Assembly: GCA_016712375.1 (NCBI GenBank)
Contig: JADJRE010000014.1
Coordinates: 17,768 to 81,767, forward strand
DNA length: 64,000 nucleotides
Source: Rhodospirillales bacterium
Lineage (GTDB): Bacteria; Pseudomonadota; Alphaproteobacteria; Rhodospirillales; Defluviicoccaceae
Direction: 5' to 3'
Position 1 is the stretch's first letter, and each line of letters begins with the position of its first letter. A model generated the notes under the pieces. It had not been told where the DNA came from. It searched no databases and saw only the letters and a program-made list of their open reading frames with translations. Positions 1 to 9,329 of this stretch are shown piece by piece. The translations under genes were made by a program, and so were the position numbers.

Positions 1-291
1 GCGGGAGACGGCAAACCAATCGGCACCCTGCAGCGCCACATCGCGCTCAAGATTGCCGGTCTCCGCACTCGCCATCTCAATCACGATGACGGCGCGGCTG
101 GATGAAAGGTCCGCCGCGTCGAAGCGGATGTCAGCGGTGAACCGTTTGAAGCGTCCCTCGAAGGGACTGCCCGCCTGGGTGGAAGCAAAGCCGAGTTGGC
201 TTCGTTCAGGATCGATCCGCCAGGTCGCGGCGAGTGCAACGCCGGCCAGCAGGATCGCGATAGCGGTGGCGGCAATGAGAAGGCGCTTCAC
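1..291 (-). CDS. YceI family protein, N-terminal part only (gene runs off the left edge)
   Basis: Not in the ORF track because there is no stop in the window. Reverse translation from GTG 291..289 gives VKRLLIAATAIAILLAGVALAATWRIDPERSQLGFASTQAGSPFEGRFKRFTADIRFDAADLSS. That is a signal peptide followed by a YceI-type N-terminus. The GTG overlaps the TGA of the upstream cytochrome b561 gene (GTGA). Confidence 0.6.
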   Translation of the reverse strand, partial: MKRLLIAATAIAILLAGVALAATWRIDPERSQLGFASTQAGSPFEGRFKRFTADIRFDAADLSSSRAVIVIEMASAETGNLERDVALQGADWFAVSR

Positions 292-911
292 AATCCTTGC
301 TCCTTTCGATCAGCGCCCGTTGCGGCGGCCCTACGCCAGGGCAGCATCCGGCCGATCGTATCATCCTTCAGCACGAACTGGTGCTTCAACGCGCCTGCGA
401 GGTGCAGCAGGAACAGCGTGAACATGGCGATCGCCAGCCACTCGTGAACCTCCTTCAGCGCGTCTTCGACCGGCTTCTTATCGCTGAGCGTGCTCAGGAG
501 CGGCAAGTGCGGCAGAGTGAAGGTGCCGAAGATCACCGTCGGGAAATTCCAGACCGAGGCCGAAACCATCATCCAGCCGGAGAAGGGCAGGACGAGCATG
601 AGCACATAGAAGCCGACGTGGGTGATCCGCGCCAGCGCCGCCTCCCACGCTTTGAGTGTCGGCAGAAGCGCCGGCGCGGGGTGCGTCAGCCGCCACAGCA
701 CGCGAAGGATGCTCAGGACCAGCACAACGATGCCGACCGACTTGTGCAACTGATAGAGCTCGAACTGCAGGCTGCTGCCGGGCGTCACTCGCACCATAAC
801 CGTGCCGAGAACCAGCATCCCGAGAATGGCAAGCGCAATCGTCCAGTGAAAGAATATCGCCACTGGGCCGTAGCGTTCTCCGGTCTGCCTCGGTGGTCGT
901 GGTGAATGCAT
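288..911 (-). CDS. cytochrome b561 family protein (CybB-like)
   Basis: ORF 288..995, started here at the internal ATG 911 (MHSPRPP...). Multi-pass membrane protein with histidines in predicted helices (FFHWTIA, LHKSVG, THVGFY, HEWLA), typical of cytochrome b561. Pairing with YceI is the usual arrangement. Confidence 0.8.
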   Translation of the reverse strand: MHSPRPPRQTGERYGPVAIFFHWTIALAILGMLVLGTVMVRVTPGSSLQFELYQLHKSVGIVVLVLSILRVLWRLTHPAPALLPTLKAWEAALARITHVGFYVLMLVLPFSGWMMVSASVWNFPTVIFGTFTLPHLPLLSTLSDKKPVEDALKEVHEWLAIAMFTLFLLHLAGALKHQFVLKDDTIGRMLPWRRAAATGADRKEQGL

Positions 912-1151
912 CTTCGGGTGCTCCCCGGCTTTCCAGCGCTTGAAGTCAGGACATAGAGCGCTTGTGCCTGATTTGCCGGAGCCAGTTGCCGGCATACAGT
1001 GTTACCAGAAGCATGAACGGTGTAGATCGGCTGCGCGCTCGGTCTCGTATACGTCCGACATGTGGTCTGGGATCGACGCGGCGACAGATCCGTCGTATGC
1101 GGCGGGGCCTTGGACTTAACTCAGCAAACCGAAGAGAGAGAGCGTCGCCGC

Positions 1152-3023
1152 ATGGAAAATCCGCCACCCGGCATCCGGATCGGCGCCCGCCGAGCTGTTT
1201 TCTTCGCCCTCGTCACGGCAACGATCATCCTTGCGGTTGCCGCCTTCGTCATCGCCTTCCTGCCGGGCGGCCTCACGGCGGTCGAAATTGCGATGCTGGG
1301 GCTGTTCACCTTGAACCTGCCTTGGCTGGCCATCGGCCTATGGAATGCAGTTGTTGGCTGGGCGCTGCTGCGGCGGCCGCATGTCGATCTGTCGCGGATC
1401 CTGCCATTGGCTGGTTTGCATGGGCCGCTGCCGCCTGGGGGCCGAATTGCTCTTGTCATGCCGGTACACGACGAGGATCCGAGCACCGTTCTCATCATGC
1501 TGCGGACAACCCTTGCAAGCCTGGATGCGACCGGACGGAGCGCGCCTTTCGATGTTTTCGTGTTGAGCGATACGCGTGACGACCGAATTGCTGCGCGAGA
1601 GGAGGCGATGTTCAACGCCTGGAGGCGGGTGGACGCGCGGCCGGAGCGGCTGCACTATCGAAGGCGGCCTGACAACGCCGGCTTTAAAGCCGGCAACATT
1701 CGCGAGTTCTGCGATCGCTGGGGAGCTCATTACGATCACATGATCGTGCTGGATGCAGACAGCGTGATGACCGGCCCGCTAATCCTGCGGCTGGTGGGAC
1801 TGATGCAGGCAAATCCTCGCGTGGGAATTCTGCAAACCCTCATCGTGGGTCTGCCGTCGACGGGCGGGTTCGCGCGCATGTTCCAGTTTGGCATGCGCCA
1901 CGGTATGCGTGCCTACAGCACGGGCAGTGCCTGGTGGCAAGGCGACGCCGGCCCCTACTGGGGGCACAACGCTATTGTTCGGCTTCGTCCTTTTATCGAG
2001 CACTGCCGGTTGCCGCGCGTCCCCGGCCGGCCGCCGCTGGGCGGGGTCGTCCTCAGCCACGACCAGCTCGAGGCGGTGCTGATGCGGCGGGCTGGGTGGG
2101 AAGTCCGAGTGCTGCCGGTCGAGGACGGCAGTTTCGAGGCCAATCCGCCGACGCTGCTTGATTTCAGCAAGCGCGATTTGCGCTGGTGCCACGGCAACAT
2201 GCAATACACCCGACTGCTGGGGTTGGCGGCGTCCTACCGTCTCGGCCGGCTACAGATGATCCTCGCAATACTCATGTATACCGGTGCTCCGTGTTGGCTT
2301 GCATTCTGCTTGCTCGGCTTGGCGCAGCCGGCGATGAGCGCGATGGGGCTGCCGCCAGTGGTGATGATCGGAGAGCCGGCATGGCTGCCGGAGGGCGGCC
2401 TGCCGGCGGTCGGCATCATGCTGTTCTTCGGCATCGTCGGCATGAGCTGGGCGCCTAAGCTGTTTGGTGTTGTGCACGCGCTGGGCGACCCTTTGGTTCG
2501 CCGCAGTTATGGCGGCGGCGGCCGGCTCCTGGCCGGCGCGGGCGTGGAGTTGCTGTTCTCGACATTGCTCGCTCCGGTCGTCGCCACCGCGCAGACGATC
2601 TTCATGGGCGGCCTGCTGATCGGCCGACGGCTGAAGTGGAGGGCACAGAAGCGGGCGGACCGCAGCGTTGCGTGGGGGGAGGCGGCGCGGCGGCTCTGGC
2701 CACAGACCGTGCTGGGGCTGATCTTCCTGTTCGCTCTGGCGCTGCTGTTGCCAGCAGCACTCCCTTGGGCCTCGCCAATGTTCGCAGGCCTGCTGCTCGC
2801 CGTGCCCTTCGCCGTTCTGACCGCCAGCCCTGGATTTGGAACATGGCTGGAGCGCGTCGGGCTATGCGCCACACCCGAAGAGCTGCAACCTTCCCCCGAG
2901 GCAAGGGCAGTCTGCCCGTGGCTGCCCGCCGCGTCGCCGCTTTCGCTGGCGCCCTGCGGTGCCGAAGGACGTGGCGGCGACCCGACGGCCGCAGCCCAAC
3001 CGGAGGCGTCGGCGGCATCCTGA
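1152..3023 (+). CDS. opgH: glucans biosynthesis glucosyltransferase OpgH/MdoH
   Basis: ORF 1062..3023. Likely start is ATG 1152 (MENPPPG). GT2 core motifs VLDADSVM, QGDAGPYWGHNAIVR and LSHDQLEAVLMRRAGWEVR, flanked by TM segments, match OpgH. Confidence 0.85.
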   Translation: MENPPPGIRIGARRAVFFALVTATIILAVAAFVIAFLPGGLTAVEIAMLGLFTLNLPWLAIGLWNAVVGWALLRRPHVDLSRILPLAGLHGPLPPGGRIALVMPVHDEDPSTVLIMLRTTLASLDATGRSAPFDVFVLSDTRDDRIAAREEAMFNAWRRVDARPERLHYRRRPDNAGFKAGNIREFCDRWGAHYDHMIVLDADSVMTGPLILRLVGLMQANPRVGILQTLIVGLPSTGGFARMFQFGMRHGMRAYSTGSAWWQGDAGPYWGHNAIVRLRPFIEHCRLPRVPGRPPLGGVVLSHDQLEAVLMRRAGWEVRVLPVEDGSFEANPPTLLDFSKRDLRWCHGNMQYTRLLGLAASYRLGRLQMILAILMYTGAPCWLAFCLLGLAQPAMSAMGLPPVVMIGEPAWLPEGGLPAVGIMLFFGIVGMSWAPKLFGVVHALGDPLVRRSYGGGGRLLAGAGVELLFSTLLAPVVATAQTIFMGGLLIGRRLKWRAQKRADRSVAWGEAARRLWPQTVLGLIFLFALALLLPAALPWASPMFAGLLLAVPFAVLTASPGFGTWLERVGLCATPEELQPSPEARAVCPWLPAASPLSLAPCGAEGRGGDPTAAAQPEASAAS

Positions 3024-3064
3024 GAGTTCGTCATGGACGCCGGACTGGATAAGGGATCCGACCA

Positions 3065-3871
3065 ATGCCGCTATGGGAGGACATGGTCACTACCGACTTC
3101 GCCGCACTCGATCCGGCGCGTGCTGTGGCCTTACTGCCAGTGGCGGCGATTGAGCAGCACGGCCCTCACCTGCCACTTGGGACCGATGCGATCCTGTGTG
3201 ATGCGATCCTCGATCGCACGCAGAACATCGTCGCGGATCCGGCGTCACTCCTGCGGCTGCCGACGCAGCGTGTGGGGCTGAGCCCCGAGCACGCCGGCTT
3301 CCCCGGCACGCTGGTCTTGCGCGCCGAGTCGCTGCTCACGGCGTGGACCGAGATTGGCCTGTCAGTGGCCGCTGCTGGCGTGCGCAAGTTGGTGCTCTTT
3401 AACACCCACGGCGGCCAGGGCGGCCTTGTCGATATTGTGGCGCAGCAGCTGCGTTGCCGGGCGGGCATGCTGGTCGTGCGCTGCAGTTCCTATCGCTTCG
3501 CTCTGCCAGAAGGTTGGGTCCCACCGGACGAGCTCCGTTTCGGCTTACATGGCGGGCTAATCGAAACCTCGATGATGCTGGCCGCGGCACCAAGTCTCGT
3601 CAGGCGTGGATTCATGCACTCGTTCCACTCGCCTGCGGCAGACTGGGAGGCTGCCCATCCGGGTCTGGAGGTGGAGGGGGAGAGCGGCATAGCCTGGTGT
3701 GCCCAGGATCTCGGGATCGATGGCGTTACCGGAGATGCTTCAGCAGCGACGGCGGAACTGGGTCAGCGGTTGCTGGACCATTATGCATCGCGCCTGGCAA
3801 AGACAATCGCCGCAGCCCGCTCACTGGTGTTTCCGCCGCAATCTCAACCGGACGCGCCGTCGAGCAGGTGA
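3065..3871 (+). CDS. creatininase-family amidohydrolase
   Basis: LPVAAIEQHGPHLPLGTD and NTHGGQ motifs are characteristic of the creatinine amidohydrolase / formamide hydrolase family. Confidence 0.8.
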   Translation: MPLWEDMVTTDFAALDPARAVALLPVAAIEQHGPHLPLGTDAILCDAILDRTQNIVADPASLLRLPTQRVGLSPEHAGFPGTLVLRAESLLTAWTEIGLSVAAAGVRKLVLFNTHGGQGGLVDIVAQQLRCRAGMLVVRCSSYRFALPEGWVPPDELRFGLHGGLIETSMMLAAAPSLVRRGFMHSFHSPAADWEAAHPGLEVEGESGIAWCAQDLGIDGVTGDASAATAELGQRLLDHYASRLAKTIAAARSLVFPPQSQPDAPSSR

Positions 3872-4970
3872 TGGGCGCGTGTCCGCTTCGCAGTCATGTA
3901 ACGCTGGTTCTCGGGGGTTATGCAGCCGAGCAGCGGCAGCCGGTCGACAATAGTGATACCGGCTGCAGCGAGCGCTTTGATTTTGTCCGGGTTGTTTGTC
4001 AGTAGTCAGATCCGGTCATAGCCAAGCGATCGAAGCATTGTAGCGGCGATGCCGTACTGCCGCTCGTCCGGGCTGAATCCGAGTTGCAGGTCGGCGTCGA
4101 TGGTATCCCGCCCTCGGTCCTGCAAAGAATAGGCGCGCAACTTGTTGGCCATGCCGATCCCTCGTCCCTCCTGGGCCAGATACAGCAGCACGCCGCCGCC
4201 AAGCGCTTGCAGCGAGGCGATTGATTGCCGTAGCTGATCTCCGCAGTCGCACCGGAGGCTGCCAAAAACATCCCCGGTGAGGCAGGCAGAATGTAAACGC
4301 ACCGGTACGCCAGCCGAGCAATCAGGCGTGCCGATCAGGATTGCCAGATGTTCGCGGCAGGCGACGGCCGTTCGAAAACAAACGAAGCGAGCGTCGGGTG
4401 CGTCGGCGAGCGGAATATGAGCCTCGCTGATCTTAACCACGCTCTCGTCCAGGCTCTCGAACAGCCGGGTCAGGCCTTTACGGGTGACGGCATGCAGCGC
4501 TCTGCAGGCGACCAACGTCTCGAACTCCCCGCTTGCATCGGGACAACGGGGATCTTCAGGGCAACGGGCAACAGCAAAGCGGTTTTCAACAGCCGGACGA
4601 TCAGCGAATCACCCACGCTTCCTGGGAAACCCGGCACTGCAACAACCAGATCGTCGCCATCCGATCTTTGCGGATCGGACGTCGCCATCTTCATCATATC
4701 GAGCAGCGCCATGTCGGCCGATAGCGGCAGCGCGAAGACACCGGACACCGCTGCCTTATCAACGCCCAGCGCGATTGCCCGCTCTCCTGAGACCAGCAGC
4801 CACGACTCGCCAGCTCCAAACTGGCGAAGATGCAAACAAAGTGCCGGAGTAATGGTTTCCAGCGGTGCGTAAATCATCGCGGCCGCCTCGTCGACCATCA
4901 CGACCGGGCGGCCGCAGCGGATTTCGTCGATGCCGCGTTCCGCCGCCAACAACTCGGGATCGAACTTCAT
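3844..4970 (-). pseudogene. ribA: GTP cyclohydrolase II-like gene (degenerate RibB-like N-domain plus RibA domain), disrupted by one frameshift and one in-frame TGA
   Basis: ORFs 4470..4970 and 4006..4515 are consecutive parts in different frames. The RibA core reads VRLHSACLTGDVFGSLRCDCGDQL...YLAQEGRGIGMANKLRAY. After ...LRSLGYDRI there is a TGA at 4006..4008. The same frame then continues LLTNNPDKIKALAAAGITIVDRLPLL...HHLLDGASG to a stop at 3844. Confidence 0.75.
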
Positions 4971-5093
4971 GAACTCTTCAACGCTTTCAGGATCGGGTCG
5001 TTTCCCGATGGCTGCACTTTTCTACGATGAAAGGTTGATCGCGGGCTATCCTCTTCGAGCGATTGGAGTGATAAACGAGCAAAAGGACGAGAA

Positions 5094-5942
5094 TTGGACC
5101 TTCCCGAAGCAGAGTGGCGATTGCTGCTGAAGCTGGCTGCCGAGGCACGGGCGGCCCGGGACTTGTCGCCGCGCGGCGCCCTGTACCCCGAGCGCGCTGG
5201 CGACGCGCTGGCAACGCTATCGCATCCGCTTTCACAGCACATTTACGCGCCACTGATCGCACGCATCGCCGCGGGCCCGCTGGTCATCGCTCAGGTTGGA
5301 CAAAGTCTCGACGGCCGGATTGCCACAGCCGGGGGTCACTCCCACTACGTCAACGGCATTGCCGCGCTTACTCACCTTCACCGCCTACGGGCACTGGTGG
5401 ATGCCGTGGTGATTGGCGCAAGCACAGCGGTGCTTGACGACCCACAGCTTACCACGCGCCTGGTGGAAGGTCCCAATCCCGTGCGTGTCGTCCTCGATCC
5501 GCATCGTCGCGTGCCGCGAACGGCCCGGATGTTCGACGAAGCCGCCCCTGCGATTGCCGTTCGTGCCGCCGCATCGGATGCGATGGAAGGCGATGGCGTG
5601 CTCCTGCTGCCGGCTGAGCATGGCATCTTCGGGCCGGCCACCGTGCTCGATGGGCTGGCTGAACGCGGCTTACGCACCGTGCTCATCGAAGGCGGCGGCG
5701 AGACGATCTCGGCGTTTCTACGAGCGGAGCGGGTGGATCGCCTGCATGTACTGCTTGCACCATTGCTGATCGGTCCCGGCCGGGAGGCATTCAAACTTCC
5801 GCCACTCGAGCGGCTGGATGCGGCACGGCGTTTCCGGATGACCGCGCAATTTCTTGGCGACGATGTGCTGCTCGACTGCGATCTTCGAGCGGCCAATGAA
5901 AGTGCAGCCGATGCTTACCAACACGCCAGCACGTCCCGATGA
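5094..5942 (+). CDS. RibD C-terminal-domain reductase (pyrimidine reductase / DHFR-like fold), no deaminase domain
   Basis: VIAQVGQSLDGRIAT, VDAVVIGASTAVLDDPQLTTRL and VLIEGGGETISAFL...VDRLHVLLAPLLIG match the RibD_C reductase family. Divergent from the ribA-like gene. Confidence 0.75.
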   Translation: MDLPEAEWRLLLKLAAEARAARDLSPRGALYPERAGDALATLSHPLSQHIYAPLIARIAAGPLVIAQVGQSLDGRIATAGGHSHYVNGIAALTHLHRLRALVDAVVIGASTAVLDDPQLTTRLVEGPNPVRVVLDPHRRVPRTARMFDEAAPAIAVRAAASDAMEGDGVLLLPAEHGIFGPATVLDGLAERGLRTVLIEGGGETISAFLRAERVDRLHVLLAPLLIGPGREAFKLPPLERLDAARRFRMTAQFLGDDVLLDCDLRAANESAADAYQHASTSR

Positions 5943-6730
5943 CCGACGCGCGCCCGCAAGCAGCGCGCCTTGATTGCTTCGAACCGGCGCGCCATCCAGG
6001 AGTTGATCGCCTCCGTAGCTTCCGGCTCTATCTCGCGCGCGGCCTCCGCCCAGCCGCTCACCAGCAGCTGCAGGAGGTGCGCATCGCCCGGCGTGAGCCG
6101 CCAATCGCTTCGTGCTGTCCGCACGACCGCGCCAGACGCCGCGGCAATCCGCACCAGGGCTGCCCGCGCGCCCGGTCCGAGGGCGTGTCCGAAGCCCTTG
6201 TCGGCGTGCTGGTGCTGGTCGAAAAGCGCGAGTGCGACGGCGTCGAAAGGATCAGGCGGGTGCAGTACCACCCGGCCATCATAGGTGAGCGCCGCATAAA
6301 AAGTGACACCGGGACACGCGGCGGCTCCCAGCAATTGCCGGCACCAATCTTCGGAAACGAGATCAAATAGCGCCGAGGCGGTGATCAAATCGCCGCCGCG
6401 CAGCAATTCGGGCAGGCGCCGTGTGTCGGCTAAATCCGCACAGAGCCGCCGGACGACGATCTGTTTCCCCCTCCGGGGCAGGCGCGTTGCTGACGCGAGC
6501 AGTGTCGCATCGTTGTCAATCAACCTCCAGCTTTGCGGAGACGGAAGTAGAGGTGCCAGAAGGCGTAGGGTGCCGCCGGTTCCTGCGCCGAGATCGACGA
6601 TGTGGAGCGGCTTCCCGTACGCTTGCCGGCCCGCCAGTCGATGTCGAACCGCACGTAACAGCAATGGAGCTCGAGCCTGCCGGTCGGCGCCCGCACGCAG
6701 CGCCAGCCACTCCGCCGAGAAGCCGCTCAC
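5915..6730 (-). CDS. class I SAM-dependent methyltransferase
   Basis: C-terminal 272 codons of ORF 5915..7237. SAM motif I is IVDLGAGTGGTLRLL. The proposed GTG start at 6730 overlaps the TGA of the upstream glycosyltransferase (GTGA). The Arg/Pro-rich N-terminal 169 codons of the track ORF are out-of-frame overlap with that gene. Confidence 0.7.
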   Translation of the reverse strand: MSGFSAEWLALRAGADRQARAPLLLRAVRHRLAGRQAYGKPLHIVDLGAGTGGTLRLLAPLLPSPQSWRLIDNDATLLASATRLPRRGKQIVVRRLCADLADTRRLPELLRGGDLITASALFDLVSEDWCRQLLGAAACPGVTFYAALTYDGRVVLHPPDPFDAVALALFDQHQHADKGFGHALGPGARAALVRIAAASGAVVRTARSDWRLTPGDAHLLQLLVSGWAEAAREIEPEATEAINSWMARRFEAIKARCLRARVGHRDVLACW

Positions 6731-7776
6731 CGGAGGCAAAGGTCGTCGATCGCGGAAAGCAGATCCCGGCCGACGTCGTTCCAGGAGCGCCCTTGCGTCG
6801 GTCGGTGGCTGCGGGGCCGCCGACTGACGAGGTGGGGGCGGAGCGCCCGGGCGAGGCTGCGCGGGTTGCCCGGAGGTACCAGCGAGTGCCGTGATCCGGT
6901 AGCGGCCTCGGCAATGGCGCCGGCGTCGCTCGCGACGATGGGCAAACCGTAAGCCGCAGCCTCGGCCACGACGATCCCGTATCCTTCGTAATGGGATGGC
7001 AACACAAACAGGTCGGCGTTGCGGTACTCCGACGGAAGCTGCGTCGGCGTCACGGGACCGACCAGGGCGACCCGGCGTTGTAATCCAAGAGCCCGCGCCA
7101 GCCGACGCAGGCGCCCGGCAAACGCTCGGTCTCGCGGTGGTCCGACCAGCCGCAGTTGCCATCGCAGGCAGCGGAGTTCTCCCAGTGCCCGCAGCAGCAC
7201 GTCTTGGCCCTTGCGCGGCGTCAAAGCGGCAACGCAAAGCAATGTAGGCACCTCTGCGGGTCGCCGGCGGGTGCCGAGCCCGCCCATTCGACTCAAATCT
7301 ACACCCGGTCGGACGACGCGAACGCGCTCCGACGGAACCGCGAAGTCGCTGAGGCGGTGTGCAGTCGTCGCACTGGTCACGATAACGCCCTGAATCAGCG
7401 CCAGCGCCAGGGCACGTCGCTCGCGCTCGAATAGCCGATCACGAGCGTCCTTGGTGAGTCCGGTCTCGTCCGCGAGCGGATGATGCACGAGAACAACAAG
7501 GCTGAGCCGCCGGCTGGCAGCCTCGAACACCTCGAGCAAAGGCGAGAACGCCAGGCCGTCGATCAGCAGCGCGGCGCCTTCGGGCAACGAGGCAACGGCC
7601 CGCTCCGCTGCGGACACGGTCGGCACGCTCGGTTCTGGCCAAGCGCCGGGCACAACGATCAGGCTTGCGAGGCGGCCGGCGCGGCGCAAAGCGTGCAGCA
7701 CCCACCGGTCGTAGACAAAGCCGCCGGTCGGCGTGTCGGGCGGGCCTGGCAACAAGACGTGAAGGCAGACGTTCAC
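6727..7776 (-). CDS. glycosyltransferase family 4 (GT-B, Glycos_transf_1 type)
   Basis: C-terminal signature LFVLPSHYEGYGIVVAEAAAYGLPIVASDAGAIAE. About 349 aa. Confidence 0.8.
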   Translation of the reverse strand: MNVCLHVLLPGPPDTPTGGFVYDRWVLHALRRAGRLASLIVVPGAWPEPSVPTVSAAERAVASLPEGAALLIDGLAFSPLLEVFEAASRRLSLVVLVHHPLADETGLTKDARDRLFERERRALALALIQGVIVTSATTAHRLSDFAVPSERVRVVRPGVDLSRMGGLGTRRRPAEVPTLLCVAALTPRKGQDVLLRALGELRCLRWQLRLVGPPRDRAFAGRLRRLARALGLQRRVALVGPVTPTQLPSEYRNADLFVLPSHYEGYGIVVAEAAAYGLPIVASDAGAIAEAATGSRHSLVPPGNPRSLARALRPHLVSRRPRSHRPTQGRSWNDVGRDLLSAIDDLCLR

Positions 7777-7783
7777 CCGCTTC

Positions 7784-8185
7784 TTACCTCAGCGCCCCCT
7801 CGTAAGCAGCCCAAGCAATGTGCGATTCGTGTAGCGTTACCCGGAGCGCGTCGGCTCCCGTCGCTTGCTCGCCAAGCTTGCCCCCATCGATCGCAGCGCG
7901 CATTCGCAGAAATACCCAATGGGCGAGACGTTCGGTGGTAGTGACGACATTGGCAAATTCGGGCAATTCATCGAGGTTGCGATACTCGACGCTGGCGAGG
8001 ATCGTCCGTAGCGCTGATGATGCCGCGCCGATATCGACGACGATGCCGTCGGCATCGAGCTCGCTCCTGCGGAACTCGACATCGACGACATAAGTCGCAC
8101 CGTGAAGCCGTTGCGCGGGCCCGAACACCTCGCCGCGCAGGCTGTGAGCGATCATCATGTGGTCGCGGACACACACCGTGAACAC
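7784..8185 (-). CDS. 6-pyruvoyl-tetrahydropterin synthase (PTPS/QueD) fold protein, atypical active site
   Basis: MMIAHSL...RLHGATYVVDVEF...DIGA...NLDELPEF follows the PTPS/QueD layout (AAH ... LHGH), but reads HGAT where QueD has HGH. 133 aa. Confidence 0.7.
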   Translation of the reverse strand: MFTVCVRDHMMIAHSLRGEVFGPAQRLHGATYVVDVEFRRSELDADGIVVDIGAASSALRTILASVEYRNLDELPEFANVVTTTERLAHWVFLRMRAAIDGGKLGEQATGADALRVTLHESHIAWAAYEGALR

Positions 8186-8200
8186 TTAGATACCTCCGAT

Positions 8201-9173
8201 TCAATAACGAATGCGATGACACAGAGCCGGCAAAGCTCCCGAGGAGAGGTTATTCATCACTTCAGGCAGCGTTTCGAAGGGGCTCTCACCCGAGATCAGA
8301 CGATCGAGGGCATCGTCACAGAGCAGATGCAACGCTAGTTCGAGCCGGCTGCGGCGAGTATGACGGCCGCGGCGTGACGGGGCGACGGCACCGACCTGCG
8401 AAGAGCGTAGCACGAGGCGGCGCGAGTGAAATGCTTCACCCAACGGCAATGTGACTTCCCGGTCGCCGAACCAGCTCATCTCCAGGATCAGCGCTCGAAA
8501 CCGGCAATCTTGAGTGCCGTGAGCAGACCGCGCGGATTGCCGCTGGCGTGGATGACGACATTAAACGGGCTTAGGTCTTCAACCTTGGTTGTGAATGCCA
8601 GGCCGAGGTCCGCTGTCACCTCCGCCTTGTTGTCGTCGGTGTCGTGGACGACGAGCGACACGCCGGGGATGCGCGAGGCCAGGCGCGCCACAAGCAGGCC
8701 GATAACGCCCGCGCCAATGACGCACACCCGATCGCCGGACAAGATTTCGGCGTCCCAGAGGCCATTTAGTGCCGTTTCCATATTCGCTGCCAGGATGGCC
8801 CGCTCAGGCGCCAGACCTTCGGGCAACGGTATCGCTGCCGCCGCCGGGACGACGAATCGAGTCTGGTGCGGATGAAGCACGAACACGGTGCGGCCGGCCA
8901 TTTCCGTCGGTCCTCGATAATTCGGCCGACAGCGGAGTAGCCGTACTTTACTGGTCCCGGAAAATCTCCTTCTTGAAAGGGCGAGCGCATCGTCTGGTAC
9001 TGGCTGGCCGGCACCCTGCCATGAAACACAATACTCTCTGTACCGCGGCTTATGCCGGTGAAAACGGTCTCGACCAGAACCTCCCCCGGGCTTGGTGCTG
9101 CAAGAGCCATAGTGCGAACTGCACCGCGTGACGGCTCTTCCACCCAGAATGCCCTCGCGTGACCGGCTGCCAT
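8201..9173 (-). pseudogene. medium-chain dehydrogenase/reductase (zinc-ADH fold), frame broken twice as sequenced
   Basis: Three consecutive pieces. ORF 8766..9173 gives the N-terminus (...[17 protein letters not shown]...[12 protein letters not shown]). The frame of ORF 8488..9450 gives the middle ([17 protein letters not shown]...VCVIGAGVIGLLVARLA...). ORF 8201..8479 gives the C-terminus. Breaks are near 8910 and 8490. Confidence 0.7.
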
Positions 9174-9329
9174 TGAGTTGTCTACCCCTGTCGCGGTCCG
9201 AGAAGCAGCGACCTGGGTTGCACCGGCCGCCTTCTTGCCAATCTAATGTGGAAATGTCAGCGTTCCAGAGGCTCACCCATGATCGCTCCATCTGCCATTG
9301 ACCACGCATTGCTCGTCTGCCGCCAAGGT

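Noticed and set aside
4006-4008. TGA in ribA-like as selenocysteine or programmed readthrough
   Set aside because: The codon aligns with a conserved Arg, not a Cys/Sec position. RibA is not a known selenoprotein, and I see no SECIS-like hairpin immediately downstream.
4971-5093. FMN riboswitch between the ribA-like and RibD_C-like genes
   Set aside because: The region is too short (123 bp) and lacks the conserved RFN element segments.
6731-7237. N-terminal 169 codons of ORF 5915..7237
   Set aside because: They overlap the glycosyltransferase gene out of frame and are Arg/Pro-rich. The methyltransferase homology begins only after the GTG at 6730.
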